In this document: positions 1 to 7,452 of the stretch, piece after piece | Numbering within the stretch: the stretch's first letter is position 1 | Layout of the letters: the number at the start of each line of letters is the position of its first letter | Assembly: GCA_963761335.1 (NCBI GenBank) | Contig: CAVXGR010000011.1 | Location: forward strand, 64,001-128,000 | Origin: an uncultured delta proteobacterium | GTDB lineage: Bacteria; Desulfobacterota; Binatia; HRBIN30; BPIQ01 | Reading direction: 5' to 3' | DNA length: 64,000 bases | Position numbers and translations under genes: made by a program | Notes under the pieces: model-generated | What the model was told of the DNA's origin: nothing | Seen by the model: only the letters and a program-made list of their open reading frames with translations | Database searches by the model: none

Positions 1-379
1 GGTCGTATTCGACGGCGCTGACCCTCGGACTGCCGTTGGCGGACGAATAGATGATTCGCCCCAGACCCTTGTAGTAGGCGACCGTCTGCGCGCGATCCCC
101 ACCGAAATAGAAGGGGATGAACGCCTTGCCGGTGATATGGGAGTTGGTATCGGTCGGCGGTCCGATCAGGTCGGCGACCTCCTTCATTCCCATCCCGTCC
201 TTGATCTTGGCGAGCGGGCTGCCCGCCGGAATCGGGGCCTTTGCCGGGGCCGCCACGGTCGTGGCTGCCGGCTGCGCTCTGCCGGCGCAGCTGCCAACCG
301 AGAGCGCAAGCGCTCCAACCAACACCAACCGCAGGCCATTTCGCGTCAAGCTGCGCCGATCGAATCGAGCCATTGTCAT
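1..379 (-). CDS. Lipoprotein, SmpA/BamE-like fold (runs off the window edge)
   Basis: My translation: MTMARFDRRS...LALSVGSC (lipobox-like)...KIKDGMGMKEVADLIGPPT...KAFIPFYFGG. GGGAGA SD upstream. Not in the ORF track. Confidence 0.7.
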   Translation of the reverse strand, partial: MTMARFDRRSLTRNGLRLVLVGALALSVGSCAGRAQPAATTVAAPAKAPIPAGSPLAKIKDGMGMKEVADLIGPPTDTNSHITGKAFIPFYFGGDRAQTVAYYKGLGRIIYSSANGSPRVSAVEYD

Positions 380-575
380 CGTCTCCCTTTCTATCCGCTG
401 CTCGCCTCCTCTAACACGACAACGCCCGGTACGGGAACAGCCATGCCGGGGAGCGGCTCATCGGCACTGATCATTGGCATTGCGGCGATGCGGCTACCCC
501 CGGCACTCGGCATGTCGCGCATCGGAGGGCAGCGAATGATGGCCGGCGATTCAGCTCAATCCGATGGGGATCGGA

Positions 576-977
576 TCACCGACGCCAGCGGCCGTAGGCG
601 ACGAAGACCAGGAGGAGTCCGACGACCAGCGGGAACACCGCCTTGGCGATACCGGCCGTCGCTACCGTCATCACCGTGGCGCCGATCATGATGATCACCA
701 GCCCGCAGGCGGCCAGCGGCGTCAGGCCCGGCCGGATCCCGGTGAGGCCGGGGAGTAGCAGGCCGAGGCCGCCGAGAAGCTCGGCGATGCCGATGAAGCG
801 CATGAACGGAACCGACAGCGGAATCTTCTTGGCCATCTCGTCGGCGGGCATGACCAGCTTCATCCCGCCGGCAAACACAAAGAGCAGCGCCAGCAGGCCC
901 TGCACGATCCACAGCGCATAGGTCATGGTGGTTCGTTGCGGGGATTGGGCGCCGAGCGTTGCGTTCTGTGCAGGCAT
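576..977 (-). CDS. DoxX-like membrane protein
   Basis: ALWIVQGLLALLFVFAGGMKL...FIGIAELLGGLGLLLP...LAACGL, about 4 TM segments. Start is 977 (GAGGGA SD) or 926. Confidence 0.85.
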   Translation of the reverse strand: MPAQNATLGAQSPQRTTMTYALWIVQGLLALLFVFAGGMKLVMPADEMAKKIPLSVPFMRFIGIAELLGGLGLLLPGLTGIRPGLTPLAACGLVIIMIGATVMTVATAGIAKAVFPLVVGLLLVFVAYGRWRR

Positions 978-1247
978 GCTCTTCCCTCGTCTTTCTGACC
1001 GGTCCTGGTGCGTGTCGCGGGTAAACCAGTGCGGCCATAGTCGATCAGCGGAGCTGCTGCAAGCCGGGCCGCGGCTGTAGCGGTTGTGCGGCGCGGGAAG
1101 CACTGCTATTGTAGGTGCGGTCCACTGATTGTCCGGCGCGAGAAACTCCATCGAGCAGCGCCGCGTCTGGCAAGCCTCCCGCACCCCCACATACGCCCGC
1201 TGGACACACGGGCGCCATCTCTCTTCTCCGAAGAACGAAGGAGATCT

Positions 1248-1436
1248 ATGGCCTCCGCATGGTTTGGTCCCTGTCCTCACTGCAAGTCCGCCCTGTCGTA
1301 CCTCGAGGGGGTCACCGGCAGCGTGATGAACCCCAACTGCCCGCGCTGCAAGCGGCCGGTCACGGTCCATCGCGCCACCTTTCTGATGGCGGACTACTCC
1401 CGCGCCCGCCCTCCCGAAAAACCCTCTTCGCACTGA
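1248..1436 (+). CDS. Small zinc-ribbon protein (62 aa)
   Basis: CPHC...CPRC pair; AAGGAG SD immediately upstream. Confidence 0.75.
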   Translation: MASAWFGPCPHCKSALSYLEGVTGSVMNPNCPRCKRPVTVHRATFLMADYSRARPPEKPSSH

Positions 1437-1508
1437 TCCAGCCTTCATGAAGCCGCGCCGCGCCCGGCGGCCGCTCGCCACCTGCCGGTGGGCGTGGTAG
1501 CTGCGGCC

Positions 1509-2225
<717 letters not shown>

Positions 2226-2232
2226 AACATCT

Positions 2233-2269
2233 CCGGGGTTGTCACCCGGGACTACATGCCCTCGCCCCT
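2233..2269 (-). repeat. Single GTAG-type REP copy (same family as 41.7 kb and 47.1 kb)
   Basis: Reverse complement AGGGGCGAGGGCATGTAGTCCCGGGTGACAACCCCGG matches AGGGGCGCAGGCATGTAGCCCCGGGTGTCAACCCGGGG near 41697. Confidence 0.8.
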
Positions 2270-2760
2270 GCCCGAGGTGCCCGCCGAATATTTCGCCCGC
2301 GGCCGGAGGTTCTACGCGGCGCCGCCGGCAGACGGCACGGACATCTGCCTGCAAGTGATCCCACCAGCGAGCGCCTACAAGTGATGCCGCCCTGGCCGGC
2401 GTGGGACGGTGAGGACTTCATCGACCTGCCGGTGCTCGTCAAGACCAAGGGCAAGACGACGACCGATCAGATCTCGCCTGCCGGGCCGCGGCTCAGGTAC
2501 CGCGGCCATCTGGAGAAGTTCAGTGACAACATGTTCATGGGGCGATCAACGCCCATACCGGCGAGCCCGGCCGCTGCGGAAACCTGTTGAGCGCCGAAGC
2601 CTCACCGCCGATCGCCGCAGTGGCGCGGGACTACCGCGCGCGCGGCGTGCGCTGGGTCGTGGTCGGCGATGCCGAGTCGCTGTGGCTGAAGCACTCATAC
2701 AGCGTCTCGCAGCTCCGCTGGTTCCGCGCCGGCTCGGCGTTGAATCTACACCGAAATTGA
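2264..2760 (+). pseudogene. Aconitate hydratase C-terminal (swivel domain) remnant
   Basis: KGKTTTDQISPAGP.LRYRGHLEKFSDNMFMG, ARDYRARGVRWVVVGD and HSYSVSQLRWFRAGSALN are spread over shifted frames. The N-terminal domains and the NYGEGSSREHA block are absent. Confidence 0.85.
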
Positions 2761-2916
2761 CAAGTATTCGGCCGGAACTCCATGGAATCGAGTATTTGCA
2801 TGATTCCGGAAGAGGCACACAGCGGCGTGTAAATCATTTCCTTGATGGTCGTGCCAACCAATGGGCGGGTTGGCGGGTCTCATCAGATTTGGTGTAAGGT
2901 TGCGGGCAGAGAGAGC

Positions 2917-3165
2917 ATGCAGCGAAAACCTCAGCGTCGCGTCGCGGGTCGACTCACGGCTGTCATCCTCGGGGGGTGGCTCGCCTTGCTCGCGGGCTGT
3001 GGCGGATCCGATCTGACCTTCCCGGGCGAGATCGTCGCGACGCCGGTCCCGGCGGCGACCGAGACGCCCACGTGCGCCGCAAGCGGCGATGTATGCGACT
3101 TCGACAGCGACTGCTGCAGCGGCTCCTGCATCAGCCCGGACGGCGTCAGCTTCCAGTGTCAGTAA
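2917..3165 (+). CDS. Small lipoprotein with C-terminal cystine-knot-like motif
   Basis: Lipobox LAGC, Thr/Pro linker, then C-x6-C-x5-CC-x3-C-x9-C. Confidence 0.8.
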   Translation: MQRKPQRRVAGRLTAVILGGWLALLAGCGGSDLTFPGEIVATPVPAATETPTCAASGDVCDFDSDCCSGSCISPDGVSFQCQ

Positions 3166-3322
3166 CACCGGTTCGGCCGCGCTGCGCCTGACACACAAAA
3201 GAACGCCGCGGGTCGGCGGAAGCGATTGAATGTGAAGATTCCGCGAAATCTCTCCGAACCTCTTGTCGCACCCGGCGGCGCGCGATAGCAGGCGAGAGCT
3301 GGTGCGTGGAAAGAGGATTCAA

Positions 3323-3694
3323 ATGTCGACGTTGCCGCCATCCAATATCTCGATCTTCCGCTTCGCGACGGAGTTCGAACAATTTCCGGCGGGACAGACG
3401 ATCTTCCGCGAGGGAGACGCCGGCGATCAGATGTTCGTGGTCAAAGAGGGCGAGGTCGACATCGTGGTCCAGGGCCGCGTCGTCGAGACCATCGGTCAGG
3501 GCGGAATCTTCGGCGAAATGGCCCTGATCGACCATCAGCCGCGCAGCGGATCCGCCGTGACCAGGGTCGACAGCCAGCTGGTCCGCGTCGACGAACGCCG
3601 CTTCCAGAGTCTCGTCGAACGCACGCCGTTCTTCGCCCTCGAGGTCATGCGCATCATGGCGCATCGCCTTCGGCGCATGAACGCGCGCGCCTGA
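3323..3694 (+). CDS. Stand-alone cyclic nucleotide-binding domain protein
   Basis: IFREGDAGDQMFVVKEGEV...FGEMALIDHQPRSGSA; GAGG SD. Confidence 0.92.
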   Translation: MSTLPPSNISIFRFATEFEQFPAGQTIFREGDAGDQMFVVKEGEVDIVVQGRVVETIGQGGIFGEMALIDHQPRSGSAVTRVDSQLVRVDERRFQSLVERTPFFALEVMRIMAHRLRRMNARA

Positions 3695-3886
3695 GCGATC
3701 CGCGCCGGCAAGCGGCCGCCCAACACACCGCCGCTCCCTCCTCATCTTTTCATTGACGCGTGGTGCTCCCGTCATCATGGCGTAACATCTCCGTGCTACC
3801 TTCCTCCGCCAACGCAGCACGACACCGGACGGAACAACCCACACCGATGGCGAACAGCGTCCGAGAGCTGTTCGGAGGGAGAACCC

Positions 3887-4546
3887 ATGAGATTGCTTCT
3901 CGCCACCTCTGTTGCGAGCGCGGCAGTATTGTTCGCAGTGGTCGCAGCGCGTCCCGCCCTTGCCGGCACGCGGATGCAGGGTAGGTTCGTATCGGCACCG
4001 ACCCGTCTGGACGGCGGAGCGGACAAGCTGCCGGCTCCGGCGGGGGACGGCCACAACGACACCGTCAACATGCCCGCCGACTCCTCGTGTCCCTTGCCGG
4101 GCATCGGCAGCTGCACCGCCGATCCCAACATCGCCTGCTCGCTCGAGGCCGGCTTCTCCTATCCCGGATTTGCCGGCATGCTGTATCTCACCTGCTCCGC
4201 CGAGCTCGAGCTCGGACTCCCCATGGAGCTGAAGAACGGCGCCGGCACCGTAAAGGTCGATCTGGCGCAGGCGCCTCTCGGCGTCTGCCTCCCCAGGGGC
4301 AACACCACACAGCTGGTCGGCGCGGCGATCCATGCGCCGAGCGGCGATGTCTCCGGAAATGCGGCGCGCCAGGCGCGGATCGGCTTCTTCCGAGGCAGCG
4401 GCTCGACCAGCGCCCATGGCATCCCCTGCCCGAGCACCACTCTGCCGCTGCGCGGCTCGGTCGCCGGCACCGGGTTCTACACCGGGCTGCCGATCCAGAC
4501 GGGTGTCGGTCCCGTCATCGGCGTGCTCGGCGGCTCGAGCCGGTAA
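3887..4546 (+). CDS. Secreted hypothetical protein
   Basis: Signal peptide ending ARPALA, 6 Cys, GGAGGGAG SD. Confidence 0.75.
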   Translation: MRLLLATSVASAAVLFAVVAARPALAGTRMQGRFVSAPTRLDGGADKLPAPAGDGHNDTVNMPADSSCPLPGIGSCTADPNIACSLEAGFSYPGFAGMLYLTCSAELELGLPMELKNGAGTVKVDLAQAPLGVCLPRGNTTQLVGAAIHAPSGDVSGNAARQARIGFFRGSGSTSAHGIPCPSTTLPLRGSVAGTGFYTGLPIQTGVGPVIGVLGGSSR

Positions 4547-4695
4547 CGCCGCGGTCAGGGCGTCGGGCTCGACGGGTTCCCGCGACTGAGAAGCCGTCGA
4601 GCCACGCTTCTCGCCGGCGCGACCCTCCCGACCTCGCGGAACCCCAACGGGGCGCCCGAGCCCGGGGCATGTTCGTTGCTGAGGCAGTTGCCGAC

Positions 4696-5733
4696 ATGTC
4701 TCGCGCTCCAACGGACGACCCGAACCCACAGACGCTCCCCACACCGACGCCTCCGGAACGCCGCCACGGATACGTCCGTGGATGGGACAGGGTGCCGCTC
4801 TATTACACCGTCTACGGCAGCGGCGAGCCAGCGCTGGTGTGCTGCAACGGCCTCGGCGTCTCGACCTTCTTCTGGAAGTACGTAGTCCGCTACTTCTCGG
4901 CAGAGCACCGCGTCGTCACCTGGGACTACCGCGGTCACAACCGCAGCGGTTCGCCCGCGCGGCTGAGCCGCGAGAGCTTCAGCATCGGCAACAACGCCCG
5001 CGACCTGGCCGCTGTGCTCGCCGCCGCCAAGGTATCGCGCGCGGTGCTGCTCGGGCACTCGATGGGATGTCAGGTACTGCTGGAGTTCTGGCGCCGCCAT
5101 CCAGAGCGGGTCGCCGGGCTGGTGCCGATCTGCGGCGCCTACGGCCGGCCGATCGACAGCGCCCTGGGAGCACCGCGCATCGCCCACGGACTGTTCGACG
5201 TCCTCTATGCGGCGACCATTTCGTACCCCCGGCTCGTCGAGCGCGTGCTGCGCCCGGTGTTGCGCTCGCGACTGCCCTTCGAGATCGCTCGCCTCGGCAT
5301 GATCAACTCACAGCTCGCGAACTTCGAGGACATGCAACCCTACTTCGAGCACCTCGCCCGCATCGATCTCGACGTCTTCTTTCTCATGGCGGCAGAGATG
5401 CAGAGCCATGACGCCGGCCCCTGGCTGAACGCCATCGACGCGCCGACCCTGGTGGTGGCCGGCGAAGCAGACCTGCTGACGCCGATCTCCCTGGCTCGCG
5501 AGATGCGCGACAAGGTTCCCGGCGCCGAGCTGCTCACCCTGCCGAAAGGCAGTCACGCCGGCCTGATCGAGCACCCGGAGCTGCTGAACCTGCGCCTGGA
5601 GAAGTTCCTGCGCGAACGGGTGCAGCCGTTCCTGGCGACGCACGGAGCGGCGCGCCGGAGGCGGAGCGCCTTGCGCTCGCCCGGGCGCACCACCAAGAGC
5701 CGTCCCGCGAGCCGCCGGCGCCACGCCTCCTGA
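4696..5733 (+). CDS. Alpha/beta-fold hydrolase
   Basis: WDYRGH, GHSMG nucleophile elbow, GEADLLTP, GSH catalytic His. Confidence 0.9.
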   Translation: MSRAPTDDPNPQTLPTPTPPERRHGYVRGWDRVPLYYTVYGSGEPALVCCNGLGVSTFFWKYVVRYFSAEHRVVTWDYRGHNRSGSPARLSRESFSIGNNARDLAAVLAAAKVSRAVLLGHSMGCQVLLEFWRRHPERVAGLVPICGAYGRPIDSALGAPRIAHGLFDVLYAATISYPRLVERVLRPVLRSRLPFEIARLGMINSQLANFEDMQPYFEHLARIDLDVFFLMAAEMQSHDAGPWLNAIDAPTLVVAGEADLLTPISLAREMRDKVPGAELLTLPKGSHAGLIEHPELLNLRLEKFLRERVQPFLATHGAARRRRSALRSPGRTTKSRPASRRRHAS

Positions 5734-5756
5734 ATTCCGGGCGCGGCTCTCGGTGC

Positions 5757-6068
5757 TCAGTCGGGCACGATTGTCAGACCATTGAAGCGGAACCAGTGCA
5801 TGGTTCCCCGGGGCACGTGCACCAGCGTACCGGCGGTCGCCAGTGCTCTCTCGGCGGCGATTCCGAACTCGATCTCGCCCTTCACGACATAGAAGGACTC
5901 GTCCCAGTCATGGCAGTGCGGCGGCGGACCGCTCCCGGCAGCGCCCTGCTGTAGGAAGATCTCGTAGCCGTCCGTCTGCTCACTGGAGGCGAGCACGGTA
6001 ATCTTCTCGCCGACGACGTTGAGCGGCTGCGGCGCATTCGATGGCGTGATCACAAGCGGTGTGGGCAT
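5757..6068 (-). CDS. Cupin domain protein, possibly internally deleted near the C-terminus
   Basis: GPPPHCHDWDESFYV and HVPRGTMHWFRF cupin motifs; ends abruptly in NGLTIVPD; AAGGAG SD. Confidence 0.75.
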   Translation of the reverse strand: MPTPLVITPSNAPQPLNVVGEKITVLASSEQTDGYEIFLQQGAAGSGPPPHCHDWDESFYVVKGEIEFGIAAERALATAGTLVHVPRGTMHWFRFNGLTIVPD

Positions 6069-6181
6069 GGCTCCTTCTCTCCTGGACATCGCAGACTACA
6101 CTCTTTTTTCGGCGGAGTAGAGTCTGCGACACAGGAGCCTGGTACCCGCCGAGCGTGACGACACCAGGCACTGATACTTCT

Positions 6182-6210
6182 TTGACATAGTGTATACGTT
6201 TATGTATGAC
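6182..6210 (+). promoter_or_regulatory. Sigma-70-type promoter overlapping an imperfect palindrome; leaderless start
   Basis: TTGACA-N17-TATGAC, ATG 6 nt later, no SD. ACATA...GTATAC...TATGT dyad. Confidence 0.65.
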
Positions 6211-6216
6211 ACGGGC

Positions 6217-6648
6217 ATGGCCAAAGCGAAACGCAAGGTAAAGCAGGCCCGCGCGCCGCGCGGGCAAGTCGGTGTACAAACGTACGAGCAGGTCCGCAAG
6301 GTGGTTGCGGAGAAGAATGTTCCGCTAGTGAAGGCCTTCGAGGAAGTCGCGGCGGCAACACAGAGGAAGCCCTCGACGATTGCCGTGACTTACTACCGCA
6401 TCGCCCGCAAGATGGGCGGTGCAACACGCAAGAAGCGGGCTCGGAAAACCCGGAGCGGCTCCACCGGCAACGGCCGGCGGACCAGAGGCCGCCCCGCGAA
6501 AACGTCGGGCGCCCAGGGCGCCTTGTCTCGCGCCGCTGCGAGCATCAAGGAGCTCGAGAATCTGATCACCCGGCAGGAGCGGGAGATCGCGCGCCTCAAG
6601 GGAGAGGCGGGGCTGGCCGACCGAATCAGGAAGGCATTTCGAGAGTAG
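6217..6648 (+). CDS. Basic putative DNA-binding protein (helical N-domain, AT-hook-like TRGRPAK, C-terminal coiled coil)
   Basis: Lys/Arg-rich composition, GRP motif, heptad-like IKELENLITRQEREIARLKGE. Confidence 0.75.
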   Translation: MAKAKRKVKQARAPRGQVGVQTYEQVRKVVAEKNVPLVKAFEEVAAATQRKPSTIAVTYYRIARKMGGATRKKRARKTRSGSTGNGRRTRGRPAKTSGAQGALSRAAASIKELENLITRQEREIARLKGEAGLADRIRKAFRE

Positions 6649-6667
6649 CCTTTCTTCCGCAGCAGCC

Positions 6668-6701
6668 GCCGAGCGACGGACTCCGTCCGTCGCTCGGCTT
6701 T
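6668..6701 (+). terminator. Intrinsic terminator-like hairpin
   Basis: Perfect 13-bp stem GCCGAGCGACGGA/TCCGTCGCTCGGC followed by TTT. A second 12-bp stem lies at 6708-6754. Confidence 0.65.
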
Positions 6702-6785
6702 CCACCTCGATGAGCTCGGCCCCTGGCTCGCAAGCGGGGCGACCGAGCTCATCGCTCCTGTTTGTTTCCCGCTAACCTCGGCGCC

Positions 6786-7379
6786 ATGGAAAAGAATCGC
6801 CTCGAGGCTTTCAGTGACGGCGTGCTGGCCATCATCATCACCATCATGGTGCTGGAGCTGAAAGTGCCGCACGGCTCCGAGGTCGCCGTGTTGAAGCCCC
6901 TGCTGCCGGTCTTCCTCACCTACCTGCTGAGCTTCGTTTACCTCGGCATCTACTGGAACAATCACCACCACCTGCTCAAGGCGGCCCGCCGGGTCACCGG
7001 CGCGATGATGTGGGCAAATCTGCACCTGCTGTTCTGGCTGTCGCTCTTTCCTTTCGTCACCGGCTGGATGGGAGAGAATCACTTCACCGCGGCGCCCACG
7101 GCTCTCTACGGTGGGGTGCTGCTGCTGGCGGCAGTGGCCTATTACATCCTGCAGAGCGTCATCGTCGCCGATCAGGGCCGCGACTCCGAACTGGCAGAGG
7201 TCATCGGCCGCGACTGGAAGGGCAAGCTGTCCCCGGTGCTCTACGCCGTCGCCATCGGCGCCGCTCTCGTCCAGCCGTGGATCTCGGGCTGCATCTACAT
7301 TTCGGTGGCAATGATGTGGCTCATCCCCGACCGCCGCATCGAACACCTCATCGAAAGCTCGCCGCCGGTGCGGCGCTGA
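6786..7379 (+). CDS. TMEM175-family (DUF1211) K+ channel
   Basis: Signature RLEAFSDGVLAIIITIMVL, W..HH, about 6 TM. Confidence 0.95.
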   Translation: MEKNRLEAFSDGVLAIIITIMVLELKVPHGSEVAVLKPLLPVFLTYLLSFVYLGIYWNNHHHLLKAARRVTGAMMWANLHLLFWLSLFPFVTGWMGENHFTAAPTALYGGVLLLAAVAYYILQSVIVADQGRDSELAEVIGRDWKGKLSPVLYAVAIGAALVQPWISGCIYISVAMMWLIPDRRIEHLIESSPPVRR

Positions 7380-7452
7380 GACGACCGGCGCCGTCTCGCC
7401 CGCCTGCGGGCTTTACTTGACAGCTGCGACTCGCCTTGGCTAGTCGCAGCGC

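Noticed and set aside
1125..1215. ZMP/ZTP riboswitch
   Set aside because: Only loose resemblance, and the downstream gene is not folate or purine related; kept only as a generic structured-leader candidate.
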